Source: a virus
Lineage: Duplodnaviria; Caudoviricetes
Virus record (IMG/VR): IMGVR_UViG_3300032267_000768
Coordinates: 1 to 62,084 of that record
Direction: 5' to 3' (one strand)
Length of the DNA stretch: 62,084 nucleotides
A program made the translations under genes and the position numbers. This document shows positions 10,012-19,682 of this stretch, piece after piece (within the stretch, counting starts at the first letter, position 1; each line of letters starts with the position of its first letter). The notes under the pieces were generated by a model, which was given only the letters and a program-made list of their open reading frames with translations, was not told where the DNA came from and searched no databases.

Positions 10012-10762
10012 TGAATGGTATCTCCTTGTCCAACACATGCACATCTTGATCTGATATCAAATTTACGAACTTGTCATGTTTAAATGTCAGTCCATGCTGG
10101 TCTATTTTTACAATTTGCGTGTCCACGGGCAACATGGCCATTGCAGATGGCATAAAATATTGTTTTGTAAATCCGTTTAACTGATGCAATGCTATAGCAA
10201 AAGCATAATCATTCCTAAAATTACGAAAATCTATTCTATATAGATTACAGAAATAATCATAGTGCTGTTGAATGTGTTGAATCATATCGAAAATTTTTCT
10301 TACAAACGGAGTTTTTTTAAAAATAGTCACTGTGGCCCACACTAGAGGGATCATGCTCTTTGTTTCATAACGAAAACTATCTCTATTGGTAAGATCATGC
10401 ACTCTATCATGCAATAAAAATTCACGTTCACTGTCTACATATGCCAGTAAATTATCTGTGTAAACGAAATAATCAGCATCTAAAAGTATAGTGGTATCAT
10501 AGGGAGAATGATCATAGGCCATGGCTCGCTCTAGATTGTACCATGGAATTTGTTTGTTCTTGTAATAACGTCGATTACCCTGAGCATTTTCTATAATTAC
10601 AAGTTGATCTGCTCCTTGAATATTTCTTTCTGTGTCTCTGTTGGTCACTACTGTGACAGGTAATTGTAAATTTTTTTTGATCTGCTGTATGCAAAAATTA
10701 GCAGTGTGATGATACTGCAATTGATCCGAATCGAAACAGTAGATTAACGCTCCCAATGACAT
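10004..10762 (-). CDS. Glycosyltransferase-like protein (GT8-like)
   Basis: SPYDTTILLDADY DxD motif, RNDYAFAIA. Confidence 0.7.
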   Translation of the reverse strand: MSLGALIYCFDSDQLQYHHTANFCIQQIKKNLQLPVTVVTNRDTERNIQGADQLVIIENAQGNRRYYKNKQIPWYNLERAMAYDHSPYDTTILLDADYFVYTDNLLAYVDSEREFLLHDRVHDLTNRDSFRYETKSMIPLVWATVTIFKKTPFVRKIFDMIQHIQQHYDYFCNLYRIDFRNFRNDYAFAIALHQLNGFTKQYFMPSAMAMLPVDTQIVKIDQHGLTFKHDKFVNLISDQDVHVLDKEIPFNV

Positions 10763-10764
10763 TT

Positions 10765-11079
10765 TTATATTTTTTTCTTTAATTGCTGATGCAATTGATG
10801 ATATTCGTTGAGTGTTTCTTGATTACGCTGTATTAAAATATTTAAAAATGCTGTTGGATCAGTAATTTCACATGGATTATCATTGACATCTAGTATGAAA
10901 AATTTATCATGCTGTTGTTTTAATACACTAACCACGTTGATGGTGTTAGCATCTGCACAAAAAAGATGATTGTTGTATGCCACGATCTGTCGTGATTTGG
11001 CTCGTTCCAGTGCATTCTTCTTAGCAGTGGCAATGTCAAAACTAATGTCAGATTGATTGCGTAAAGACTCAATGTCCAT
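10765..11079 (-). CDS. Hypothetical protein, first gene of the modification operon
   Basis: 104-aa ORF directly after a sigma70-like promoter. Confidence 0.75.
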   Translation of the reverse strand: MDIESLRNQSDISFDIATAKKNALERAKSRQIVAYNNHLFCADANTINVVSVLKQQHDKFFILDVNDNPCEITDPTAFLNILIQRNQETLNEYHQLHQQLKKKI

Positions 11080-11085
11080 ATCTGT

Positions 11086-11114
11086 ATTATACAGTTAATT
11101 ATGGAAAAAATCAA
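11086..11114 (-). promoter_or_regulatory. sigma70-type promoter, probably giving a leaderless mRNA
   Basis: TTGATT(11114-11109)-17 nt-TATAAT(11091-11086)-6 nt-ATG. Confidence 0.7.
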
Positions 11115-11129
11115 CCTGGTAAAAAGTTT

Positions 11130-12098
11130 TTATACTGTGGTATTTGATACTTGTGCAGTGGCACTTGGAGTGTACACCGTGGCAAGACCTTCTGCTGTGG
11201 TAGGATTCACAGTTTTCAGTATCACATTGGTGGTACCAATAAAATTAGCATACTGATCCACTGAATCTGTGTTGCCTGCTGTGTATTCACTGTCACCCGC
11301 ATCCGGATCCACTATGGAAGTCTTGATCGTTACCACTATAGCAGAACCTGCTGCTGCATCTGCCTTGGCTTCTATTTTAAAATACATAGTGGTGTATGTG
11401 CCTGAATTTTGTGTTAACTCTAAAATGGTCTGATATGACGTGGTGAGATCATAGAAACCAATAGCAGTTCCATCTGTGCTGAGTGTCTCTCCCGATCCAG
11501 ATCTGGAAGAAGTCTGTGATTTCAATTGGAAGTTACCCAATCCTGTGATTAACTCACTCACTGATGAATCTTTAGATGTGGCTGCTGTGCCAGCATTGGT
11601 GGTTCTTGTGATGTTGATCTGTATCTTGCCGCCCGCATTGAAGAAGTAGCGAGCTTGATTGGCATTGGTGAATGTGATAGAGTGTTCCACTGTGTGTGAT
11701 CCCGCATATCGAACAGATGATGTTGAAGTTTGTAGAGCTGCTGATGTGCTGAGTGCTGTGGCATTGGGACTGCCATTAGCCACTGATGATGCCAGTGTGG
11801 TCAAGTCAGCTACCAGAGCTGCTTTGACAGCGATGACATCTCCTGCTGCTTTGGCTGCTGTGGATGTTAGAGTGTCGTTGGTGTGATTGGCCACGTTGTC
11901 CATGGCTGCAAATAATGAATTCCATTGAGCTGCTGTGATATTTTCTCCTACTGCAACTGAACTTAATGCTGTCTGTCCTAATCCCCATTGTAGAGCACCT
12001 GTACCAAATGTATAATTGATACCTTTTGGAGTAGACGTGCTATTTAAAAAATTATTGTATTCTTGATCTAGTATTTTATCACCAACTGTATAACCCAT
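11130..12098 (-). CDS. Virion structural / tail-associated protein
   Basis: Thr/Ser/Ala-rich, ITAAQWNSL and ARYFFNAGG motifs; last gene of the fibre cluster. Confidence 0.65.
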   Translation of the reverse strand: MGYTVGDKILDQEYNNFLNSTSTPKGINYTFGTGALQWGLGQTALSSVAVGENITAAQWNSLFAAMDNVANHTNDTLTSTAAKAAGDVIAVKAALVADLTTLASSVANGSPNATALSTSAALQTSTSSVRYAGSHTVEHSITFTNANQARYFFNAGGKIQINITRTTNAGTAATSKDSSVSELITGLGNFQLKSQTSSRSGSGETLSTDGTAIGFYDLTTSYQTILELTQNSGTYTTMYFKIEAKADAAAGSAIVVTIKTSIVDPDAGDSEYTAGNTDSVDQYANFIGTTNVILKTVNPTTAEGLATVYTPSATAQVSNTTV

Positions 12099-12099
12099 A

Positions 12100-13716
12100 T
12101 TATTTCACTCCTACTACACACTCTGTTAATTCTAATAGTGCATTATATTTATCACTAATCAGTCTACCCAGCACGTTAAATGCTGTGCATTCATTTAGCT
12201 GTGCTACTCTAGCAACTCCGGGGATTTGACTGGATACTATGCGATCTCCTGCTGTGCCCGCCCCTATTACTTTTACTCTGGTTCTACCTTTGAGAGCGAT
12301 CATAGGATGACTGTCATCATTACCAGCATCTTTGTTCATTAAAAACGCTGGTTTTTCAGAAACCACACCAAATACTCTGTGATCTAACTCTTGTGTGGAT
12401 TTGCTTATTTCTTTTGATCCACCCAGTATCACCACATCACCTGATTCTAATGGCATGTCTGTGGCATAACGCTCTGCCAAATCCGCATACTGAGCTGCTG
12501 TGGAAGTTGCATGCACTATGTTGGCTCTGATATCTACCAATGTGGGAGAAGCAATCTCTCCTTGGTCTCTGAATGCAGTCCAAGCACCACCAGCATTACC
12601 ATAACGAGTTGTACCATCATCTGCAAATGTTTCATCCCAAACCCAAAATAGATTTTCATTTACTCCGCCAGCTGCATCACTTCTTCTAACTTTTAATCCA
12701 GAATAGTTGGGCATGGCCGCAGCACTAGAAATATTTCTATTCAACTCAATGATGTTGTCTTCTATGGACAGTGTTTGGGTTTCCACAACCACTTGTGTGC
12801 CTGTGATTGTTAATCTGCCTGCCACTGTAAGATTTGGTATAGAAACATGCCCTGTTGATCCAGTGATGGTCATTGCTGTGGTTTCGGTATCTCCACCTTT
12901 GTTTACTCTAAATAATATATTTCCGTTGCTGGTGTTGTTCTGTAACACCACATTGGATCCCCCTGTTACTCCTAATAATGCATCTGAACTTGCTCCTACT
13001 AATAGTCCGTCATCTGCAGCGATAGTGAATTGATAGTTTGTGGTTTCTGCTGCGTTGGATCTTAAGAAATCACTTGTGGCTAATCCACCAAATAATTCTG
13101 AATTGGTCGCAGTGCCTACAAATTTTGCTCCCACTATGCTGGTGGAATTCATGGTTATACCTTTGTAAATTGTAGTGAACCCTGCTAATGCAGTTAAAGG
13201 AGTAAATTGTTCTCTAGAAATTGTGGCCACAATCTGATCATCAACCACTAATTTTAATAAAGATTTATAAACACCCACGTTGTCACGAACACTGTCTGGA
13301 ATAACTTGTGTAACTCCACTACCTGACACTGTGGTTGGTCCAATCAACTGCCATGCAGTGCCTGAATACACATACAACTGACCGTTGCCTGTGTCAAACC
13401 ACATGTCTCCAGCATTGGCACTGGTGGGTCTAGCAGTGCCCACTGTGCTGCTGCCTACAGGTTTAAATTTTGATCCATTCCAAACTTTAATTTGATTTGT
13501 AAGTGTATCATACCACAGTTGTCCTTTAATTTTTTTTGCCGGTGCTGCGGTGTTGGCAAAATTTTCTAATACCTTAATAAAGTTTTCATTAAGTCTTTCA
13601 CCAAATCCTGCATATCCTTTTCCGAATAGAGCCAAATCCGTAGTGGAGATATCCACTGTGCCATCTTTTAGCACTACTAGTTTTGTTCCGTCCGTTTTGT
13701 TTATGGTATAAGACAT
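12100..13716 (-). CDS. Tail fibre protein with C-terminal intramolecular chaperone/autocleavage-like domain
   Basis: Shared N-terminus YTINKTDG..GKGYAGFGE..GQLWYD; C-terminal YADLAERY..VFGVVS..IALKGR. Confidence 0.8.
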   Translation of the reverse strand: MSYTINKTDGTKLVVLKDGTVDISTTDLALFGKGYAGFGERLNENFIKVLENFANTAAPAKKIKGQLWYDTLTNQIKVWNGSKFKPVGSSTVGTARPTSANAGDMWFDTGNGQLYVYSGTAWQLIGPTTVSGSGVTQVIPDSVRDNVGVYKSLLKLVVDDQIVATISREQFTPLTALAGFTTIYKGITMNSTSIVGAKFVGTATNSELFGGLATSDFLRSNAAETTNYQFTIAADDGLLVGASSDALLGVTGGSNVVLQNNTSNGNILFRVNKGGDTETTAMTITGSTGHVSIPNLTVAGRLTITGTQVVVETQTLSIEDNIIELNRNISSAAAMPNYSGLKVRRSDAAGGVNENLFWVWDETFADDGTTRYGNAGGAWTAFRDQGEIASPTLVDIRANIVHATSTAAQYADLAERYATDMPLESGDVVILGGSKEISKSTQELDHRVFGVVSEKPAFLMNKDAGNDDSHPMIALKGRTRVKVIGAGTAGDRIVSSQIPGVARVAQLNECTAFNVLGRLISDKYNALLELTECVVGVK

Positions 13717-13722
13717 TTATTT

Positions 13723-13902
13723 TTAGTTGCTTTCGTTATCTCTCACATGTACTAAAAAGCTAACATCTCCTAGTAACTTGATTAGGATTGCTGCTAGTTC
13801 TGGTGTCAATGCTTGATCTATTTTTACAAGATCATCAGCAGTTAAACTAGACTGATAATTTGCATTGATATAATCAGCTACTTGTTGTTTTGTTATGGCC
13901 AT
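13723..13902 (-). CDS. Small hypothetical protein (59 aa)
   Basis: Start revised to ATG 13902 (MAITKQQV), with AAGGAG upstream. Confidence 0.65.
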   Translation of the reverse strand: MAITKQQVADYINANYQSSLTADDLVKIDQALTPELAAILIKLLGDVSFLVHVRDNESN

Positions 13903-13922
13903 TTGTTGTTTCTCCTTATTAA

Positions 13923-14756
13923 TTATCCTTGTTTTGTAGAATACAGTGTCAGCCAATTGTTAAACTTTTTGGCTAAAAAAGGTTTTGCTATAGTGCCTAT
14001 AATAAAGCACATGCCTTCTCCTACTATTCTAACAAATTTACCCAGTATATCACTTTGAGCTCTTGTTCCTATTTGATATGCTATCTCATTGGTTCTAGCT
14101 TGAGCAATGATTCTAATTGTTTTTACAAATAAAGAATCAACTTTTGTTTTGTAATTTTTTTCCATATAGTGTACCAGTGGACATGCCCATATCCAATAAC
14201 CTATTTTGGTATTATCACTCAAGTATTGTACACTGAATTGGGTATCCATTGCAAGATCTTCTGGAGAAAATAGACCATTGTTTCTTAACCAGGTGCATAT
14301 AACTCTACCATTGGTATATTCTAATGCTTCTAACATTTCCACAATTTTTACCACTGCAGTATTTTTATCGTTGTTTCTTAAAGAATTTAGAATGTCTCTA
14401 ACATATCTTTCGTAATATCCTTGCCATATGATTCTATCATTTTGATGTATGCCTCTGATTTGTGTTACTATTTTTTCTGCTCTTACATAATATTCTACCA
14501 TTTTATCTTCGTTAATATATTCTCTGAATGCTTGTAATAGAGCAAAGTCAGCCTGTGCTGATGCATTATTTTCATCTGGTGTAAATGGTGTTGTTTTTGT
14601 TCTAGTGGGTAGATGATATGCTAGAATTGAATTATAAAATATGCAATTGTCTTCACGACTTAATAGGGTAGATACACAATGCTCTTCATCTCCATGCTCT
14701 TGACATTGAGCACAGGCCTGTCTATTGTGTAGATATTCTTCAACTGATATTCCCAT
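13923..14756 (-). CDS. Hypothetical protein with CFI-box-CTERM-like and VICT domains
   Basis: Start revised to ATG 14756 (TAATG overlap). LLQAFREY..VEYYVRAEKIV, then GRVICTWL..GYWIWA, similar to the upstream gene's C-terminus. Confidence 0.7.
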   Translation of the reverse strand: MGISVEEYLHNRQACAQCQEHGDEEHCVSTLLSREDNCIFYNSILAYHLPTRTKTTPFTPDENNASAQADFALLQAFREYINEDKMVEYYVRAEKIVTQIRGIHQNDRIIWQGYYERYVRDILNSLRNNDKNTAVVKIVEMLEALEYTNGRVICTWLRNNGLFSPEDLAMDTQFSVQYLSDNTKIGYWIWACPLVHYMEKNYKTKVDSLFVKTIRIIAQARTNEIAYQIGTRAQSDILGKFVRIVGEGMCFIIGTIAKPFLAKKFNNWLTLYSTKQG

Positions 14757-16258
14757 TATTTTACTCCTGCTATCATGTATAATAATCCAAACATTGCCCA
14801 CATGGCATAACCAATCGCTACATTTTTAGTAGGCTGGTTGGTATGTTTAACAAATTTTCCTACAATTCTGCTTACAGTAATACCAATATTCATTATCCAT
14901 CTGCCTGCTCGATTGTCTTCTTTTAACACTCCCATTTTGTAAGCCATATGCTGTGCCCATGGTGTAGCAATTCTTTTTGCCCATCTTACAGCCATAGCTT
15001 TTTGACGAGAATTTCTTTCGATTTTATCTTGGATCCAAAACATACATTGTGGACCTTCGTTACTCATCCAATCCACAACGACTCGTGCCCATTTAAGGTA
15101 TCCATAATACGCATCAGGATCTGTCTGTCTTAACCAATGACCAAATTTTTCGTCTGCTTGATAGATCTCATCTGATAGATAACCTAACTCATGTAATTTG
15201 GTACAGATAATAGAACATCCTCCTCCACCTCCACCTCCACCTGAAGGACCGGTACCTGGACTGCCTGAATAAGGATTACCTGTGGTGTCTCCAAACCCTG
15301 CTGTTGTTGATTGCCAATTAAATCCTGTATTAAATATAGCTTTCCATACTCCATTTACTTTTATGTAAGCAGCAGTAATATTCTTCCAAATACCGTCACG
15401 TTTGAATTTCATAGCGGTAATAGTTTTCCATGCTCCAGTTGCTTTGACTCTTGCTTCTGCACTGATTGTAAAAATTATTATTGCCTTACCGTTATTTCCG
15501 GAAGAACCTTGATTTCCTCCTGTAGCAAATCCACTGCCTGGTGATCCAGCTGGCGTTTGTCCGCTTGCTACTGTAGTTGTTCCTCCGCTTGGTACTAAAG
15601 AAGAACCTGCATATCCACCGTTTCCTCCGGCATCATTATCATTACTGTCTCCACCTATACCCCCATCTACTCCACCTCCACCAGCACCACCTCCGCCACC
15701 GTTTCCGTTGTGAGGTGTTCCATTTTCTCCCAGTGTGCCTGGCGCAGCTAATGTCGGAGCATTAGAAGTTATACCTACTCCTCCTTGACTGTCTGCTCCT
15801 CCTCCACCGCCGGCTCCTCCTCCTGCAGCTAAAGCTACGTCAACGCTATTAATTTGTATTATTGTGGCTCCACCTCCACCACCACCAGATCCTGACGATC
15901 CTGTTGATCCGGAACTACCTCCCACACCGCCTGAATATCCTGTTAAACTTCTACCATTAAATCCACCTGCAACTCCTCCACCGTTGGATCCTCCGCCACC
16001 ACCTCCACCTATTCCTAATGTTATAGTTTCTCCCACATGTGATGTAAGATCAATAGAATCGTGATAAACGTAATGTCCGCCTGTGCCTGTGCCGTTTGCT
16101 CCGGAAGTTTCTTGTGCTCCACCTCCGCCACCTCCTCCCCAAAGATAAACTTTCATAGATTGTGCGCCAGCCGGAATGATGCCAGTCCATTTATAACCAT
16201 CATATGTGAATGTATAGGTGTCGTTGGGTTTAACAGTAGTTGAAATAGTGTAAGGCAT
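14756..16258 (-). CDS. Glycine-rich tail fibre/receptor-binding protein with C-terminal GGGC-IICT domain and hydrophobic tail
   Basis: VYLWGGGGGGG Gly-rich domain, IKVNGVWK, G7-CSIICTKL, terminal VAIGYAMWAMFGLLYMIAG. Confidence 0.75.
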   Translation of the reverse strand: MPYTISTTVKPNDTYTFTYDGYKWTGIIPAGAQSMKVYLWGGGGGGGAQETSGANGTGTGGHYVYHDSIDLTSHVGETITLGIGGGGGGGSNGGGVAGGFNGRSLTGYSGGVGGSSGSTGSSGSGGGGGGATIIQINSVDVALAAGGGAGGGGGADSQGGVGITSNAPTLAAPGTLGENGTPHNGNGGGGGAGGGGVDGGIGGDSNDNDAGGNGGYAGSSLVPSGGTTTVASGQTPAGSPGSGFATGGNQGSSGNNGKAIIIFTISAEARVKATGAWKTITAMKFKRDGIWKNITAAYIKVNGVWKAIFNTGFNWQSTTAGFGDTTGNPYSGSPGTGPSGGGGGGGGCSIICTKLHELGYLSDEIYQADEKFGHWLRQTDPDAYYGYLKWARVVVDWMSNEGPQCMFWIQDKIERNSRQKAMAVRWAKRIATPWAQHMAYKMGVLKEDNRAGRWIMNIGITVSRIVGKFVKHTNQPTKNVAIGYAMWAMFGLLYMIAGVK

Positions 16259-16262
16259 GGAA

Positions 16263-17753
16263 TTAAGGCTCCCTTACAAACCAAAGATCCCCGTTACTTC
16301 CCTGTCCACTGGTTGGTGCAACAGTTTCTACATATCTAGCACCTGCTATACTATTGCCTGTTGGTGAACCTACAGTACCATCTATAGTGACATAAGAGCC
16401 ACCCCATCTTTTGATAGATTCTGCAACTTGATAAATTGTGGCTGCTTTTTGCGAGGTACTTGCTGTGGACACTGCAACGAATGCTGTGCCTATAGTAACA
16501 TCAGTTACTGTAACATTACCTGTGGATACATCTGTCTTTAAAACTGTACCTTTGTTGGCATCTCCATTAGTGCTAGCATCAGCTAATCTAATTATTTGAG
16601 AGTAAGAAGCATTGCTGCCTGCTGACCAAAAACCGTCTGACACTGACCAAAATAATCTAGCATCATCTGTTAAAGAATCTGTTTCTGCTATGATACCGGC
16701 ATCTGCTTGTGAATTTCCTGTGTTTAATTTTAACCAGTTGTCATCAATCACGTTAATATTACTTGTGGTGTTGGCATATTCTCCAGACACACTTAAATTT
16801 CCTACAATTCTAACGTCACCTGTGATTTCAAATGGCACTGTGGGTGAGCTTGTAAAAATACCCACTCTACCATTTGCTGCATCAATCTTGATTGGTGTTA
16901 TGGTTGATCCGTTGTTGTTAACTTGAATGTCAATGTCTCCATTTTCAGTCACGTTAGAAATAGTAGTATCAATGCCCGACACTGTTAATTGTAAATCATT
17001 AGCAGCACCAATTCTCATACCGCTGTCTGTAGAAATAGTTAGAACACCCGTCATGGTTTGCGCTGTGTCTTTTCTCATGATATTACCGCCAGCGATCACT
17101 GTGCCTGAAATGTTTGTGGTTCCTGAAATATTTAAATTAGCTGCTGTGGTAGTTGATCCTGCAAAGGTTGCACCTAGAGCATTGCTCATTGTGATACCAG
17201 CATATATTTCTGGGAATCCCGACGGTGCTGATGCTGGAGTAAAAGTCACAGAACTCATAATTGCAACTCTGGTGTTGCCATTATACATTGAGCTGATTAC
17301 TCTACTGCTTCCAAAGCTGTCATTAATGGTTTCTACTTTCCATCCTGACAGTGTTTGACCTTTTGAATAAACCGGTCCTACCAATTGCCATGTGCTGGAG
17401 CTGGTTCTAAAATACATTTGTTCATCGTCACTGTTGATCCATAAATCTCCTGCAGAAGCTCCTGTAGGTTCTGCTGATTGTGATTTGGCTCCACCTGTGG
17501 GCTTGAATGCTGTTCCGTCATACACTTTTAATTGATTGGTGTTGGTATCAAACCAAAGCTCACCTCTTAAAGGTGCCGATGGACTAGCTGTGGATGCAGA
17601 ATTTTCTAATAATTTTACTAAATCTTCGTTGAGATACTCTCCGTATCCTGAATAACTTTTACCAAATAGATACAGCGATGTGCTGTTATCCACTGTACCG
17701 TCTGTGATTGAGACTAATTGTGATCCGTCTGTTTTGTTTACAATGTATGCCAT
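16263..17753 (-). CDS. Tail fibre protein (paralogue)
   Basis: N-terminus YIVNKTDG..GKSYSGYGE..GELWFD; C-terminal APTSGQGSNGDLWF. Confidence 0.8.
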   Translation of the reverse strand: MAYIVNKTDGSQLVSITDGTVDNSTSLYLFGKSYSGYGEYLNEDLVKLLENSASTASPSAPLRGELWFDTNTNQLKVYDGTAFKPTGGAKSQSAEPTGASAGDLWINSDDEQMYFRTSSSTWQLVGPVYSKGQTLSGWKVETINDSFGSSRVISSMYNGNTRVAIMSSVTFTPASAPSGFPEIYAGITMSNALGATFAGSTTTAANLNISGTTNISGTVIAGGNIMRKDTAQTMTGVLTISTDSGMRIGAANDLQLTVSGIDTTISNVTENGDIDIQVNNNGSTITPIKIDAANGRVGIFTSSPTVPFEITGDVRIVGNLSVSGEYANTTSNINVIDDNWLKLNTGNSQADAGIIAETDSLTDDARLFWSVSDGFWSAGSNASYSQIIRLADASTNGDANKGTVLKTDVSTGNVTVTDVTIGTAFVAVSTASTSQKAATIYQVAESIKRWGGSYVTIDGTVGSPTGNSIAGARYVETVAPTSGQGSNGDLWFVREP

Positions 17754-17759
17754 GCTGTA

Positions 17760-17766
17760 TATTTAT
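17760..17766 (-). promoter_or_regulatory. Putative late (gp55-type) promoter
   Basis: ATAAATA 6 nt upstream of the fibre ATG; the T4 late consensus is TATAAATA. Confidence 0.55.
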
Positions 17767-17820
17767 TTCATTTTACAAATAACGTTTTAAAGGGTTTTTG
17801 GCGTAATTTAGTTAACTTGC

Positions 17821-17849
17821 TTGATATTGAGCAAATATATATGTATAAT
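17821..17849 (+). promoter_or_regulatory. sigma70-type promoter, probably giving a leaderless mRNA
   Basis: TTGATA-17 nt-TATAAT-6 nt-ATG(17856). Confidence 0.7.
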
Positions 17850-17855
17850 AGCATA

Positions 17856-18869
17856 ATGGACCAAATAGATTCAGTACATGTGGAAATTACAAGCCGTTGC
17901 AACGCAAAATGCCCAATGTGCTCGAGAACTAATAACCCAATAATACTGAATAATCAGTCAGAAATATCCTATACAGATTTCGTTAAATTTTTTCCAGAAA
18001 CTTTTATAAAACAATTAAAGAAAATTAAATTCTGTGGCAATTACGGTGATCCTGCTATCGCCCATGATCTAATACAGATTCACGAATATGTGTTGGAACA
18101 CAATCCCTCTATCATGATTACTTTAAGCACCAACGGTGGAGTACGCAACACCGATTTTTGGGAAAAGTTAGGCAACGTTTATGCCCGAACTCCTCACTCA
18201 TTTGTAGAGTGGCACATCGATGGTTTGGAAGATACCAATCATATATATAGAGTAGGAGTACAATGGAAAAAGTTGATAGACAATGCTAGAGCATTTATAA
18301 AAACAGGAGCCAATGCCAAATGGTTCTTTATACCTTTCTTTCACAATGAGCATCAGGTTGAGACAGCTGAAACAATGGCTAAAGAAATGGGATTTAAAGA
18401 TTTTGTTTTAAAAATTTCTGCTCGATTTAAAGATTTTAATAAACCGTTTATCTATCGTGATGAGAATAATACAACTAAAAAAATATATCCTCCCACAGCA
18501 GACAGATTTGATATTGATTTTATGCAGCACAAAGGATCACTAATTTGTCTACACAAACAAAGGAAAGAGATTTATGTGGATTCTTGGGGTAGATTGTTCC
18601 CTTGTTGTTGGACTGCATCTACATTTAACAAAGTAAACAACTGGGCAATATCTGAAAATAAATACTCTATATCATTGCATCAGCGTGGTGTCTTTGAAAT
18701 ATTAAATGACCCAATATTTCAAAATTGGCTGGAAACAATGTACAAAAATGACAAATCTATTTGTCATCAAAGATGTACTGGTTCACAGGTTCACGTGATT
18801 GAAGCAGATGGTATAAAAATACCACAAAAAACTTTGTGGCATTATACAGAAAAGGTTGACCATGAATAA
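17856..18869 (+). CDS. Radical SAM protein with C-terminal SPASM/twitch domain
   Basis: CNAKCPMC, CGNYGDP, STNGG; C-terminal C..FPCCW..CHQRC. Start revised to ATG 17856. Confidence 0.88.
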   Translation: MDQIDSVHVEITSRCNAKCPMCSRTNNPIILNNQSEISYTDFVKFFPETFIKQLKKIKFCGNYGDPAIAHDLIQIHEYVLEHNPSIMITLSTNGGVRNTDFWEKLGNVYARTPHSFVEWHIDGLEDTNHIYRVGVQWKKLIDNARAFIKTGANAKWFFIPFFHNEHQVETAETMAKEMGFKDFVLKISARFKDFNKPFIYRDENNTTKKIYPPTADRFDIDFMQHKGSLICLHKQRKEIYVDSWGRLFPCCWTASTFNKVNNWAISENKYSISLHQRGVFEILNDPIFQNWLETMYKNDKSICHQRCTGSQVHVIEADGIKIPQKTLWHYTEKVDHE

Positions 18870-19653
18870 GTCGTATGTTTTAGGAAAAAACAAAACACCG
18901 TTTAATCTAGACGAGTTTCCTAAAATTGCATCTGGTGAAAAAGTAGGAATTCTATTTACTGGAGATATTGAAACTACTCTAATTGCTTTAATAGCTAAAG
19001 AGTTATATGGTATAGATAATGTAGTTTTTGTATTGATTGCTTTTGAAGAATTTTTACAATTTAAAAACGATGAAGACAAATTAAATTTTTTAAAAGAATA
19101 TTTTGACCAAGCTGTAAAAAAACTAGGTGGTACTCATCAATATATTTTATCAAATACAGTTAAAGAAAATAGAAATATGACTGTTGAAGCAAAAAGATTA
19201 ATATTACAACAATATCCTCAATTGAAATTTGTATTATCCGGACACAATAAAATTCATGAACAATGTATGACTATGTTAAAAGATTCTAAATGGAGTGAAG
19301 GAAAAATTACAAATGATAGACTTAACCCATACCTTGAAACAAATAAAAACAAATATCTAGAATTGTACAATTATGTTTTTAAACAACAAGGAAAATTATT
19401 TGGAGTAAGCAAATATATCGGTTTTGAACAATACGAAATTGACTATGAAACAAACACTCGACCTTTTAAAAAACTTACACAATCAGAAATTATAGATCTA
19501 TATGATGCTCTTGGTTATACTTCACAATTGTACCAAACAAGTAGCTGCGATGTGTCTATGGGTAATTGTGGTATTTGTGAAAGTTGTGCAAGAAGAAAAA
19601 CAGTATTCAAAGACAGCACTGTGTCCGATCTTACAAATTATTCTGTTAATTAA
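18856..19653 (+). CDS. QueC-like (PP-loop fold) protein with degenerate ATP motif
   Basis: C-terminal TSSC..NCGICESCARR Zn motif; TGDIET sits where SGGxDS is expected. Confidence 0.6.
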   Translation: MTMNKSYVLGKNKTPFNLDEFPKIASGEKVGILFTGDIETTLIALIAKELYGIDNVVFVLIAFEEFLQFKNDEDKLNFLKEYFDQAVKKLGGTHQYILSNTVKENRNMTVEAKRLILQQYPQLKFVLSGHNKIHEQCMTMLKDSKWSEGKITNDRLNPYLETNKNKYLELYNYVFKQQGKLFGVSKYIGFEQYEIDYETNTRPFKKLTQSEIIDLYDALGYTSQLYQTSSCDVSMGNCGICESCARRKTVFKDSTVSDLTNYSVN

Positions 19654-19682
19654 AGATAAAAAATTATATAATATCTAGTACA

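Noticed and set aside
15220-16150. CCACCT/CCTCC-rich repeats and a Pro-rich + strand ORF (15864-16064)
   Set aside because: Explained by poly-Gly codons of the minus-strand fibre gene.
17856-19653. queE/queC DNA 7-deazaguanine pathway
   Set aside because: The rSAM has a SPASM/twitch tail unlike QueE, the QueC P-loop is degenerate, and partner genes are absent here.
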